Below are positions 19,952 through 30,524 of a DNA stretch of 64,000 bases, piece after piece (the stretch's first letter is position 1; every line of letters starts with the position of its first letter). The stretch covers positions 1 to 64,000 of IMG/VR virus record IMGVR_UViG_3300003962_000013. The stretch is one strand, 5' to 3'. The notes beneath the pieces were generated by a model. That model saw nothing but the letters and a program-made list of their open reading frames with translations, was not told the origin of the DNA and made no database searches. This DNA is from a virus. Taxonomy: Duplodnaviria; Caudoviricetes. The position numbers were made by a program, and so were the translations under genes.

Positions 19952-20428
19952 TTATTCTTCGTAAATTGAACTGTTATTTTTATTCTCCCAAACTCTTACT
20001 TTTATGGCTTTACATCTTCCAGCATCTGTTTTGGCTAAACGTTCATTAAATTTATCATAAACTAATTTTGCTACTGATTCTGCTCCCATTTTATCCATAA
20101 CAATTAATTTACAAATTCCCATTTGTTCTAATTGTTGAAATATATCTAAATATGGATCATCTTTTTCAATAAGGGTTGTATGATCAAACATATGATCTAA
20201 CCATTCTCTAAGACCGTTTCCTTGAGGAGGTTTTTTAAAACTACCATAATCAACAATCCATGACATATCATCAAGTTGTTTATCTACTTCTGGTTCATTT
20301 GAAGCAAATGTAACTTCGATTTCAAAAGCATACCCATGTAATAATTGACAATGTGAATGTTGTGCTTTATGTTGTCTTAAGGCTACACTAAAATTGTCAA
20401 AGTTTTTTATAGAAAGATATCTAGCCAT
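19952..20428 (-). CDS. queD: 6-carboxytetrahydropterin synthase
   Basis: HCQLLHGY, DYG, FDH, AES, WEN. Confidence 0.9.
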   Translation of the reverse strand: MARYLSIKNFDNFSVALRQHKAQHSHCQLLHGYAFEIEVTFASNEPEVDKQLDDMSWIVDYGSFKKPPQGNGLREWLDHMFDHTTLIEKDDPYLDIFQQLEQMGICKLIVMDKMGAESVAKLVYDKFNERLAKTDAGRCKAIKVRVWENKNNSSIYEE

Positions 20429-20679
20429 TATCCTTGTATTAAATTTTTAATTTGAGCAGGTGATTGAGTTCCAACTACACGATTAATTTCATTTCCATTT
20501 TCTAGGATAATCATAGTGGGAACACTTCTAACATTATATTTTTCAACCAAACTAATATCATAATCAGTATCGATTTTAGCTAGTTGAACACCTGTTTCTT
20601 TGGTTACTTGTTCTACAATTGGTTTCATAGTTTGGCATGATGAACACCAATTTGCTGTAAATAGGATTACTTGTCTCAT
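20428..20679 (-). CDS. thioredoxin
   Basis: FTANWCSSC, VRSVPT. Confidence 0.9.
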   Translation of the reverse strand: MRQVILFTANWCSSCQTMKPIVEQVTKETGVQLAKIDTDYDISLVEKYNVRSVPTMIILENGNEINRVVGTQSPAQIKNLIQG

Positions 20680-20993
20680 TATTTTTTATTTAATATGGTT
20701 TCTTTTTCTTTTTTTAATTCGGCTGCTAATTCATAATTTTCTGTTTTAACAGCTTCTTCAATTTTTTTATTAATTTCACTTATTTTATTTTTTGTTTCAT
20801 CAACTACAGAAATTGATTCTGATGATGTTATTTTTGTATTTCCATCAAACGAAACGAATGTTCTAGTAATTGTTTTGAAACCGTTTTTTTCCTCAACAGT
20901 TTCAGTTACTGTTCCTTCTTTTTTTAGGGCTTCCCAATCATGATTAGATTCATTACCCCAAGTACTATCAAATGTCCAATTAAAGTTAAACAT
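20679..20993 (-). CDS. protein with C-terminal UVR (UvrB/C) coiled-coil motif
   Basis: IEEAVKTENYELAAELK. Confidence 0.7.
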   Translation of the reverse strand: MFNFNWTFDSTWGNESNHDWEALKKEGTVTETVEEKNGFKTITRTFVSFDGNTKITSSESISVVDETKNKISEINKKIEEAVKTENYELAAELKKEKETILNKK

Positions 20994-21027
20994 AATTTTT
21001 AGTTTTTATGAGTTAATAATATTTGTT

Positions 21028-21486
21028 TTAAATTTTGTTTTCCACATATTCTTTTATTGTAATTCCATTTAATTTTTCTAAATGGTGAAACTCTCTATGA
21101 CAATTTGAACATAAAGGGATACATTTTTTTATTTCCTTAAATGTGTCTTTTATAGATTTATATTGCCATGAATTTCCTATCTGAAGTGTTTTTTTGGATG
21201 GGTCTAGATGATGAAAATCTAATAAGTACCATCTTTTTTCATTACATTTTAAACAAAATAAAGTTTCTTTATAATTTTTAATAGTTTCTTTATATTTTCT
21301 TTTAAATTCTCTTTGATATTCTCTCCATTTATCTTTATTTTTATTGTAATTTTTTTTTGTAGTTTTTCTTACACATTCTTTACAATAAAATTCCCAACCA
21401 TCTTCTCTACTTTTTCTATGATGCCAAAATTCTTTAGTTTCTGGTTTTTTAGAATCACACTTTTTACAATATCTTAGTTTTTCCAT
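21028..21486 (-). mobile_element. HNH endonuclease
   Basis: CxxC motifs, DFHHLDP, LCSNCHREFH. Confidence 0.85.
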
Positions 21487-21526
21487 AATTATATTTTATT
21501 ATAAATATGGTGACAATCTAAAAAAA

Positions 21527-22459
21527 TCAATGATCTCCCTTATTTTCTCCCCATTCTTGGCAGATTTTAATTACATATTCTTTTACAAAATCCCATGTAA
21601 CTAAAGTACCATCTTCTTCAGCATATTGAACTGGATCTTCTAATCCTAATTTAATAAATGATTCTACACGTTCAATACTCGAACCTGATTTATAATCAGA
21701 ATACCAAATATATGTTTCTCCTGATTCTGTTTCATCTCCAGGTATAGGAGATTTTTGAGATGGAATTGTAATTTTAATAGGGGAGTAGCTGGTATTGGTA
21801 CGTTTATAAATTTCTTTATAATCTAAACCTAATTCTTTACAACATTCAATTCCATCCTTTAATACTCCTGTTTTATCAGTTATATTATATGGGGCATAAT
21901 AGTCTACTTTATCTGAATCCCAATTGCCTATTTTAAAAGCATATTCAATAGCTTGTTTAAATTCTTCAGAACAATCAGGATATATTCCACTTTGTTTTTT
22001 ATTATCAAAATCTCCCATATGAGTTCCCAAAGTTATTTTACATGGTTCTCCTGTTCTTTTTACTACAGATAAAGCAACAGCATATGTAATTGCTGAAAAT
22101 ATAGCATTACGGTTCGGGACAACAGTTGTAAGAGCATTTTCATGAGCATAATGTCCTTTTTTCATTTCCATAGAATCATTATCTACTAATCCACTTACTA
22201 ATAAATTTGATAAACCATCTAATTTGATGATTTGATGAGTTATTGGATTAAAAGGGAGAGATAATTCTAAGCTTGATGTTAAAGTTTGATTAACATATTT
22301 TACCAATTCAGTAGCTCTTTCTAATTCTACTTTATGTTTTTGACCATAATCAAATGATAAAGCAGTTACTTCATAACCTTCAGCTAACAATTTTAATAAT
22401 AAAGTAGAGCTATCCATACCTCCACTTAATGAAATTACAGCATATTTTTTATTTACCAT
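21527..22459 (-). CDS. queC: 7-cyano-7-deazaguanine synthase (Zn-less type)
   Basis: SGGMDS, DYGQKH, VPNRN, YPDC; Cys cluster replaced by SDYKSGSSIER. Confidence 0.95.
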   Translation of the reverse strand: MVNKKYAVISLSGGMDSSTLLLKLLAEGYEVTALSFDYGQKHKVELERATELVKYVNQTLTSSLELSLPFNPITHQIIKLDGLSNLLVSGLVDNDSMEMKKGHYAHENALTTVVPNRNAIFSAITYAVALSVVKRTGEPCKITLGTHMGDFDNKKQSGIYPDCSEEFKQAIEYAFKIGNWDSDKVDYYAPYNITDKTGVLKDGIECCKELGLDYKEIYKRTNTSYSPIKITIPSQKSPIPGDETESGETYIWYSDYKSGSSIERVESFIKLGLEDPVQYAEEDGTLVTWDFVKEYVIKICQEWGENKGDH

Positions 22460-22646
22460 TGAAATATGAATTTAAAAATTCTCTTCTATACAACATTATT
22501 TTCCCAGTATATGTTTTAGTAGATACATCTCTGGTATATGTTTTTTCTTTAAGTGCTTTTGCTCTTGCAAATACTTCTTTTCCTAATTTTCCTCCTGCTG
22601 GTTTTCCTAAAAAATCATACAGTGAAATAAAATTCTCTTTTTCCAT
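22449..22646 (-). CDS. hypothetical protein
   Basis: ORF, SLYDFLG.PAG. Confidence 0.65.
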   Translation of the reverse strand: MEKENFISLYDFLGKPAGGKLGKEVFARAKALKEKTYTRDVSTKTYTGKIMLYRREFLNSYFNGK

Positions 22647-22647
22647 A

Positions 22648-23433
22648 TTATAAATTATTTATTTGTTTAAACATTTTAACATTGTATTTGATTAAATCAA
22701 CATTTACTCTTTTATCTTCAAAGACACTATTCATATTAACTGTTGGTTTTTCATATAAACCACTACTTGAATATTCTAATCCTTGAATACCAGCCATTAC
22801 AGGGTTTGAAGTATCTAATGATTCAATATATGGAAGATCTTTATACCAGCCAAATTCTTGAGGTACTGAGCATCCTAATAAATGAATTTTATCATTATCT
22901 TCAATTATATTAAGTTCTTTTAATTTAGAAATTATTTGGATTCGGCCTAGTGCTTTACCTAATGCTTTGTTAGGGTGAGTACTTATCTCATTATAATATG
23001 AAGCACCATATGAAAATGCTATCTTTTTATATCCAAAATCTTTATATGCTGTGTAACATTCAGCTATATCTTGGAATGATTTTCCTTGAACTACAGCTAT
23101 AAAAGTAACATTAGGATATGAATGTTGAAATTGAATCCATTTTTTAGCAGATACTATTGATCTGTTTTTATCTTCCCAATAATCAGGAACAAAAAATTCT
23201 TGAGGTTTTAATTCATCCAACCAATGAAATAATCTTTCTTCATGATAAGGAACTCCTAGTTCATGTAATGAATTATCCATCATTATGTGGCGACCTTTAT
23301 CTCTAGCTTCTAAAAAGAAATCTTGATATTCTTCATATTGATCCATTAAATGTGGTAAACAATATTCATAATCATTAAATTCTTTACTTCTTTTTAATAA
23401 AACTAATGGTAATTCGTGTGATATTTTAATCAT
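22648..23433 (-). CDS. TGT-fold transglycosylase, DpdA-like (7-deazaguanine insertion into DNA)
   Basis: MDNS, VPD, AVVQG, IHLLG, SLDTS in the same order as TGT/DpdA motifs; first gene of the que operon. Confidence 0.7.
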   Translation of the reverse strand: MIKISHELPLVLLKRSKEFNDYEYCLPHLMDQYEEYQDFFLEARDKGRHIMMDNSLHELGVPYHEERLFHWLDELKPQEFFVPDYWEDKNRSIVSAKKWIQFQHSYPNVTFIAVVQGKSFQDIAECYTAYKDFGYKKIAFSYGASYYNEISTHPNKALGKALGRIQIISKLKELNIIEDNDKIHLLGCSVPQEFGWYKDLPYIESLDTSNPVMAGIQGLEYSSSGLYEKPTVNMNSVFEDKRVNVDLIKYNVKMFKQINNL

Positions 23434-23445
23434 AACTTTAATTTA

Positions 23446-23480
23446 AATAAATATACATTAAAAAATCTTGTAATCCAAAT
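23446..23480 (-). promoter_or_regulatory. Bacteroidota-type sigma promoter for the dpdA-que operon
   Basis: TTTGG-N19-TATATTTA. Confidence 0.6.
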
Positions 23481-23560
23481 TATTTAGTTAAAGAACCACT
23501 AATGTTAACTAGCAGTTCTTTAATCCATTGTTCATATATCCAATCTTTAGTATCCATAAT

Positions 23561-25420
23561 TTAATTTATTTCACAATTTCCCCCTGCACAAGCTAATTCA
23601 TCTTGTCTTGCTGTAGTGTCAGTGATCTCAATTACTTTACTTAAATCAATTTCATGTAATTGTTTTACCATTTCATTAAATTTAATTTCATCAATATCTT
23701 CAAATGGAGCTTGAATATATGTATGATCTGAGAAAGGTAAAAATGATAATGCTGTGAAATATTCTCTATTTTCATATACCCATTCACCTACTTTATTCCA
23801 TTCATTGGGTTTGATAGTAACAGTAGCAGAAACATTGTGTTGATTTGCTCCTTTTCTATAACCTGGTTGAATCCATTCTTTATTAATCAATTTAATTCTT
23901 TCTAATAATTTTATTGCGGATTCTTTTTTTCTAGTGATAGCACCATTTGGAGCTTTTTGAGGAATACTTACAATTGATTGAATTGTAGGTTTAAAATAAT
24001 CATCTTCTAATAATTCGGGATGATGAATAGAAAGATAAGTATATAAAGATTCATTTTTACCTAAACGAATTCTTCTTATATAATATTCTGCGTGCCATGC
24101 ATGTATTCCACTTGATGTGCCTAACACTAATGAAGTTGTTCCTGATGGTTTTACTGTTGTAACTCGGGCTGCTTTATTAATTCCTAATATTGCTGCTACT
24201 CTTTCATTTTCATCACATGCTGCTTGGGCTGCTTCTTTCATATTAAGTTTTAATACATTCCCTGAAGCTATTCCTGTCATGCCTATTCCTAATAGGGCTT
24301 CCTTTTCTGTTGTTTTTTTCCAAATATCCCTTAAATAATGAAAATCAGTATATGATGCTTGTAATGTTCCTATAAATGCTGCTGCTTTACATCTTGCATT
24401 ATATTCTTCTTGTGTTTCAATATCTGAGGCGTTGATTTCACATAAATTACAAAATTGGTTGGCTTTTAAATTTATTTCAGCACACGGATTTGTACCTGCG
24501 TCTTTATCATTAGTAAAAATGAACCCAGGTTCTCCACTATTGCTTAGTTCTATTTTTTTCCAAAGATCTAAAAATGTTTTTTTATTAATTTTATTTCTCA
24601 ATAAAACTGCTGAATTATTTGCTCTACCTCGTTGTGGATTATTTTCCCACCAATTTTCAAATTTACATGTAAGCATATCTTGATCATCTAGATCAAATAA
24701 AGCAATTAATGCTGCTCTACGAATACCACCTGATAATACAGCGTCTGCTAAATGACAAATTATATCATGGCATTCCAATGAAGTAAGTTTTTCTCCATCA
24801 TTTTTTCTATCTAGAATAGCCTGAACATGGGTTAGAGCAATTTTTAATGGCTCAGGGCCTGGGGCTTTACCTCCAACTGTAATTAAATGGGATCCTTTAG
24901 GTCTAATATCTCTAAAATCAAATTTAGGACAAGAGGATATAATTCCAAAATAAGATTTCATTAACATTCTTACAGCATCTGCCCATCCTTCAATTGAATC
25001 CCCAACTAAATATCTTTTTGATTTTAGTGGTTTTCTAATTTCTGGGAGTTCTTCGATATGGTGAGTTTGAACTGAGTATCCTACTCCACAACCTGAGAGT
25101 AATAAAAACATGATTTCAGAGAATGCTCTATGATCATCAATAGGTAAATAAGAGCAATTAAAAATACGAGCATTGTTTATTTCGATGGGTTTTCCGGCAA
25201 ATTGTAAACTACGCATTGAAGGGAGAACTTTTTTATCATAAACATATTCGTATGCATTTTTAATTTCTATAGCCAAATGAGGAAATCTTTTTATATGCAT
25301 TTCCATATTTCTTGTGACTAATTCATCCCATGTTTCTCTTCTTTCTAATTCTGGGAGGTATTTTGCATATTTAGTATATACTGTAATTTCTGATAAAATT
25401 TGTGATTCTTTACTTAACAT
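23561..25420 (-). CDS. nrdJ: class II (adenosylcobalamin) ribonucleotide reductase
   Basis: LPSMR, FNCS, RRAA, NPCAE, TVKPSGT, C-terminal CAGGNCEI; no small subunit nearby. Confidence 0.9.
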   Translation of the reverse strand: MLSKESQILSEITVYTKYAKYLPELERRETWDELVTRNMEMHIKRFPHLAIEIKNAYEYVYDKKVLPSMRSLQFAGKPIEINNARIFNCSYLPIDDHRAFSEIMFLLLSGCGVGYSVQTHHIEELPEIRKPLKSKRYLVGDSIEGWADAVRMLMKSYFGIISSCPKFDFRDIRPKGSHLITVGGKAPGPEPLKIALTHVQAILDRKNDGEKLTSLECHDIICHLADAVLSGGIRRAALIALFDLDDQDMLTCKFENWWENNPQRGRANNSAVLLRNKINKKTFLDLWKKIELSNSGEPGFIFTNDKDAGTNPCAEINLKANQFCNLCEINASDIETQEEYNARCKAAAFIGTLQASYTDFHYLRDIWKKTTEKEALLGIGMTGIASGNVLKLNMKEAAQAACDENERVAAILGINKAARVTTVKPSGTTSLVLGTSSGIHAWHAEYYIRRIRLGKNESLYTYLSIHHPELLEDDYFKPTIQSIVSIPQKAPNGAITRKKESAIKLLERIKLINKEWIQPGYRKGANQHNVSATVTIKPNEWNKVGEWVYENREYFTALSFLPFSDHTYIQAPFEDIDEIKFNEMVKQLHEIDLSKVIEITDTTARQDELACAGGNCEIN

Positions 25421-25443
25421 ATTGATTTAATTTGTTTTATTAT

Positions 25444-25992
25444 TTAATTTTTTGGAGATATAAAATATGTACCTTCTGCTTCAAATTCACCTTTATCTAA
25501 ATCATATTTATCTTTTCCTAATTTAGAGAACATGTTGTAAAAATAGCTGTATCTATCATCTTTTAATCCGTCTTCACTATATGGTTGAAACATAATACCT
25601 GTAATTTTTCCTGTTTCAAATAAATATTTTATTTTTGATTCTAGTACTTTCATTAAAAATAAAGCTTTTTGTAATCGATAAGGATCTTTATCATCCCATT
25701 TATATCTTTCTTCATCAGTAGAAGCATTTAAATTTCCGAATTTTAATTCGTGGTATCCTTCTAGTGCTTTACTTTTTAATAATCTAACTTCAAATGGTGG
25801 GCTATTTTTATCTCCTATAAATTCTTTGGGTTTGAAAAAATAATTATCTCCTTGTTCTGAAGTTTTTACTTCCCAATGGGTAATTTCATTTAAAATATAT
25901 TGTCTAGTGGCTTCTGCTCGTTCAAATGGACTATTGTATTGTTCTTTTAAATTTTGATATATTTCTACGGCTATTGTTGTTAATGCTCTCAT
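25444..25992 (-). CDS. hypothetical protein with its own promoter motif (possible head-internal protein)
   Basis: TATAAATAT at 26014; LKE/LNE potential maturation sites. Confidence 0.6.
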   Translation of the reverse strand: MRALTTIAVEIYQNLKEQYNSPFERAEATRQYILNEITHWEVKTSEQGDNYFFKPKEFIGDKNSPPFEVRLLKSKALEGYHELKFGNLNASTDEERYKWDDKDPYRLQKALFLMKVLESKIKYLFETGKITGIMFQPYSEDGLKDDRYSYFYNMFSKLGKDKYDLDKGEFEAEGTYFISPKN

Positions 25993-26031
25993 ATTTTATA
26001 TTAATTGAACTTATATAAATATCAGAAAATC

Positions 26032-27405
26032 TTATATTTTCTCCAATTCAAAGAATTTTTTCTTCAAAAAGTTTTTTTCACTTATATCTATTTCACTTCC
26101 ATTTTTAGGCTTGTTTTCTGGGGCATCTTGTACATCATATTCTTCTTCTTCAATTTCAATACGTCCAGTAGAAGTATCAATTTTGGAAAAATACGTAACT
26201 CCATCTGAACCATATCTATTACCCATAAAGTGCCATCTACCTGTTCCATTTAATCTATCTAATCTACCTCTAGCTAATGATACAACTATATCTCCAATCA
26301 TTAATTTATCGAATGAACCTGCAATATGACTACTTTCTAATATTTCTTTTTCAGCTCCTGAACGATTTGCTTGGGATGGAGAAATAATTGGAATATTTCT
26401 TTCTTTAGCTAATCCTTTAGCATCTGTAAATATATCGTCAGTATCATCTTTTCTTTCAGTTCTATTTCTGTTGCGGTTTTTTAATAGATCTAAATAATCT
26501 ATAAATACTGCATCTATTTTAAGATCATGTTGGTTTTGTAATTGGTCTAAGTGATGTTCAATGTTGTTTAAAGAAGCGCGTTTTGGTGGATATCCCTTAA
26601 TTATAATTTTGCCGGGGATAGTTGCTAATATTGATTCAACTTTGTCTCTATGTTTATCTAATTGATCAACAGGAATACCTGTAAAATAAGCATCAAATCT
26701 TTTTCCAACATATGATTCTCCTAATTCTAAGGCATAATAAACAACATTAAATCCTTGTCTTGCTGCTTCAGCTGCCATAGCAATGATTGCCCATGATTTA
26801 CCTCCTTTAGGATTACCAAATATAAGAACTAAATCTCCTTTTCCATATCCTCCTTGAGTAATATTGTTAAAGGTTTTCCAAGGAAACGCTATTGGACATC
26901 TATTATCTTCTCTATATCTAGTTTCAATATCTTTTTCGTATTCCGTACCTATATCTCGGTTTTGTCCTGAACGTAAAGCGTTATCGACTAACATTCTTAT
27001 TGAATCATAGTCTCCTGCTTTCAATAAATCAACCGAATTTAAAAGCGCTTTTTTTAATTGTTGGTTTTTACAAAAATTAGTAAACTCTTCTTTTACATAA
27101 GTTAAATCTGATTCATCTGAGGAGCGATAAGCTTCTCTTAATTGTTCTTTAATAGAAAGTTGTAAAACATCATTTTCAACCTTTTTCATTTCTACTTTAA
27201 GAACTTCCATGGTTGGAGAACAATTATATTTTTGATAGTATTTATTTATTTCCCCCACAATCCACTTTTGGGCTGAATTTGAAAAATCATCTTCTACTAA
27301 AATGTCGTTTACTGTTTGAAGAAATGGTTTATCCGTTAATAGTGCGGAAATTACTTTTGTTTGAAAAGCAATCCCGTAGTTTTCTAAAGAGTTTAATGCT
27401 GCCAT
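26032..27405 (-). CDS. replicative helicase (DnaB/gp41-like)
   Basis: GNPKGGKS, LEL, IDYLDL, SQANR, NRYG. Confidence 0.92.
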   Translation of the reverse strand: MAALNSLENYGIAFQTKVISALLTDKPFLQTVNDILVEDDFSNSAQKWIVGEINKYYQKYNCSPTMEVLKVEMKKVENDVLQLSIKEQLREAYRSSDESDLTYVKEEFTNFCKNQQLKKALLNSVDLLKAGDYDSIRMLVDNALRSGQNRDIGTEYEKDIETRYREDNRCPIAFPWKTFNNITQGGYGKGDLVLIFGNPKGGKSWAIIAMAAEAARQGFNVVYYALELGESYVGKRFDAYFTGIPVDQLDKHRDKVESILATIPGKIIIKGYPPKRASLNNIEHHLDQLQNQHDLKIDAVFIDYLDLLKNRNRNRTERKDDTDDIFTDAKGLAKERNIPIISPSQANRSGAEKEILESSHIAGSFDKLMIGDIVVSLARGRLDRLNGTGRWHFMGNRYGSDGVTYFSKIDTSTGRIEIEEEEYDVQDAPENKPKNGSEIDISEKNFLKKKFFELEKI

Positions 27406-27419
27406 ATATTATAATGGGG

Positions 27420-28115
27420 TTAGTTTTTATATTTCCAGATAAATCCACCTGCTTTTTTTGTTTTTCCACTAAGATTAAAAGATATAGTTTTAATCCCGGT
27501 TGTTTTAATAGCTTCATTTAATGAAGAATATGTTTTTATTATTTCATTTGTATTAAAATCTAATTGCATTATAGTTTTTCCTTTTTTATTTTTTCCTTTT
27601 TTTGATTTACTAATTTTTTCCCCCCAAGTAATATTTCTTGGTTTTCCTTTTTTTGATTTACTAATTTTTTCTCTATGTTCTTTTGAGTAAATTTTTCCTT
27701 TTTTTGTATTACTCATTTTTTGTTTACTTTCATCAGAATACTTAAAACCAGTTCTATTTTTACTTCTTTTATTTTTGGTTTCTTCACTTTGTTTTTTTCC
27801 AATTAACATTTTGGAGTGTTCTTGTTTTAGACGCTCATATATTCTTGAACTTATCATATAATGTTTATTTTTGGTTTTTTGCTTACCTATAGCCATTAAA
27901 AATAAAGCATACTTAAGTTTAAACTCTTCAGAATATATTTCACATAACAAACGATGACATAAAAAATGTTCTCGTGCTGTTAGTTCAACTAAGTTTTCTT
28001 TTATATCTAAACCACCAATACATTTAGGTATGATATGATGTTTTTCTTTATAACCTTCTAGTTGACGTGTTTTAGCACGTTCTATAATTTGATTGTATAT
28101 CCTTTGATAATCCAT
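27420..28115 (-). mobile_element. HNH homing endonuclease with NUMOD3 repeats (MobE-like)
   Basis: EKHHIIPKCIGG..NLVELTAREHFLCH; SEETKNKRS repeats. Confidence 0.9.
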
Positions 28116-28154
28116 ATTGTTTTTTATTATAAATATGGTTAAGTATGGTAAAAT

Positions 28155-28373
28155 TTATAACCTTTCTATTTCTTGTTTAACTTCTTTCCACCAATTAAGA
28201 GTATTATATAAAATAACATCTTGAGTTTCTTGTATTTTGTATACTTGATTAATAATTTCATCAATCGCTATTAAGGTACATCTCTTTACTCCACCAAATA
28301 CTTTTGGATGGGTAGAACCATCATCTCCAAGCATTTGTTTATATAGTTCCTCTGCTTTTTCTTTTGGTGTCAT
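28155..28373 (-). CDS. hypothetical protein
   Basis: MTPKEKAEEL...WKEVKQEIERL. Confidence 0.7.
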   Translation of the reverse strand: MTPKEKAEELYKQMLGDDGSTHPKVFGGVKRCTLIAIDEIINQVYKIQETQDVILYNTLNWWKEVKQEIERL

Positions 28374-28376
28374 AAC

Positions 28377-29438
28377 TTATTGTTTACTTTTATTATACCT
28401 ATCTATTAATATCCAATTATCTCTTAACCAGTATTCAATATTTTTTAAAACGTTTTCCAACCCATCCTGGTTATATAATTTGGTAAAGGCTGGAATATTC
28501 AATTTGTGAGGGATTTTATCTAATTGCTCTAATATAAATAATTTTTCTTTTTCATCCAACATAGGATTACTTAAGTTCATAATTTTTCTATTATTTTTTA
28601 AATTATTATTTTCAAACAATATTCTAGAATATATCACATGTTTATCATATTTGGCTTCACATATTTCGAATATGTCATCTAAATCTATAGTTTGTACTCC
28701 AAATAATTCAGGAAATAATTTGGGAAGTTTTTTTACCCCTAAACCTTTAACTCCTGGAATTTTGTCTGAATCATCTCCCATCAATGATTTATAAGTAAGA
28801 AAATTATATGGGTAAATACCATATTTATTTTTTACTTTTTCAGGAGTATAAAATACCTTCTCCATTGCTGCATATACAGTAATGTTTTCATTTACTAATT
28901 GGAGAAAATCTTTATCTGATGATATTATAAATGCCTTAGTTGATGGGGCTTTTGTTGTTTCTAAACTTAAAAATGCTATTATATCATCAGCTTCTACTTT
29001 ATCTAGGGAAATTATTTTTAATGGAAGACAATTTAAATATTGAATTAATCTTTCAATTTGATCTATTTTTGATTCATTTTCATCTTCAATATCATTAAAA
29101 ATAAGTTTATTTATTTGATGTGAGCTTCGATTTGATTTATATTCAGGAACTAAATTTTTTCGATTAATAGAAGAACCAACCCCATCGAATATTATATATA
29201 TTGATGTGGGTTGGGTTTGTTTTACAAGTGATCCTAATGAACGTAAAAATCCACCCAAACCTCCAATATGAACTCCATCTTGATTTATATAATTAAGAAC
29301 AGCAAAGTTTCTTAAAAATAAATTCAATCCATCTATAATTAAAATTCGATTTTGAGATGGAGGAGGAACATTTTCAGGGATGGAATTATCATCTTCTTGA
29401 ATATTATCAAGGAGTTTAAGCAAATCTTTACGATCCAT
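28377..29438 (-). CDS. 5'-3' exonuclease / RNase H (T4 rnh-like)
   Basis: IIDGLN, EADDII, SSDKDFLQL, GDDSDKIPGV. Confidence 0.92.
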   Translation of the reverse strand: MDRKDLLKLLDNIQEDDNSIPENVPPPSQNRILIIDGLNLFLRNFAVLNYINQDGVHIGGLGGFLRSLGSLVKQTQPTSIYIIFDGVGSSINRKNLVPEYKSNRSSHQINKLIFNDIEDENESKIDQIERLIQYLNCLPLKIISLDKVEADDIIAFLSLETTKAPSTKAFIISSDKDFLQLVNENITVYAAMEKVFYTPEKVKNKYGIYPYNFLTYKSLMGDDSDKIPGVKGLGVKKLPKLFPELFGVQTIDLDDIFEICEAKYDKHVIYSRILFENNNLKNNRKIMNLSNPMLDEKEKLFILEQLDKIPHKLNIPAFTKLYNQDGLENVLKNIEYWLRDNWILIDRYNKSKQ

Positions 29439-29439
29439 A

Positions 29440-30513
29440 TTATTCTTCTTCGATTAAGGTTATAGATTCTTTACTTTCTTCCCACTCTGAGGTGTCTTCA
29501 ATTAAATCTACTTCTACACTACCTAATATGTTAACCCATTCGTTAGCATATTTTTTCTTGTAATCATTAATTTCATTTTCATTGATGAAACCATGAATGG
29601 TAGCGACAACAGTACTTTTGGTTTGTAAACCAGTTACGTGATTCTTATCACATGCAACTTTGGTTCTAACTGCGAATTCTACTTCTTTACCATTTTTACT
29701 AGCTTTTATTTTACTAGTACCACTGTTTGTGATATTACCAAATGTTAATACAATTGAAGCATCTAAAAACATTGTCTCTCCGTTTTTCATTTTCATTTTT
29801 GGTTGAGACATGATTGTTTCTGCTGGAGCAACCCATATTTTATTGATTGCTACCATTGTATTAGTATAAAGGGAAGTTTCTTTTCGTGATAAAGGAAATC
29901 TTTGATTAATAAAATTTCCAAATTGTTGAGACATAGCCCCAGCATTCCACATAGGATTGTTTTTATTAGCTTCTATACTCATTTTACAAGGTATAGATCC
30001 AATACTATCCCAGAAGAAACATAAGTCGTATGGTAGATTTCCTTTACGCTGTTCATCTAATAAATCAGCAATAAATTCAGCTACATCTTCTATAGTATTA
30101 AGGGAACCTCTATCTTTATATAAGAAAAATCCTTTATAATCTATAACTTTTCCATTTTCATCTGTTATATCTTCAACTTGGAATCCCATTTGTTTAGCAT
30201 GTTCCCATGACCACTTCATTTCGGTAATAATGAATATAGGTAATATACCCATTTTTTGAGCATTTATTGCTAATTCCAACATTGCTGTTGTTTTACCTGT
30301 ATTACTATGACCTCTAAGTAAATTGATATGACCAATTGCTGCTCCTGGGATTGAGATAGAGTCTTGGAGTGCTTTTGAAAATGGAATCCATTTTTGTTCT
30401 TTAAATTTGACTTGATGGTTCAAGGATTTTTTTTCCTTGAACTTATCTAAGTCAAAATTATTTTTAAGCTGTGAACTAACAGCCGCTGTAAGCGATGTTG
30501 ATTTCTTTGTCAT
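29440..30513 (-). CDS. uvsX: RecA-like recombinase
   Basis: GHSNTGKT, WDSIGS, KNHV. Confidence 0.85.
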   Translation of the reverse strand: MTKKSTSLTAAVSSQLKNNFDLDKFKEKKSLNHQVKFKEQKWIPFSKALQDSISIPGAAIGHINLLRGHSNTGKTTAMLELAINAQKMGILPIFIITEMKWSWEHAKQMGFQVEDITDENGKVIDYKGFFLYKDRGSLNTIEDVAEFIADLLDEQRKGNLPYDLCFFWDSIGSIPCKMSIEANKNNPMWNAGAMSQQFGNFINQRFPLSRKETSLYTNTMVAINKIWVAPAETIMSQPKMKMKNGETMFLDASIVLTFGNITNSGTSKIKASKNGKEVEFAVRTKVACDKNHVTGLQTKSTVVATIHGFINENEINDYKKKYANEWVNILGSVEVDLIEDTSEWEESKESITLIEEE

Positions 30514-30524
30514 AACTTATTAGT

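Noticed and set aside
23480-23557. 25-aa ORF MDTKDWIYEQWIKELLVNISGSLTK after nrdJ
   Set aside because: Too short to support; it overlaps an imperfect hairpin and abuts a promoter
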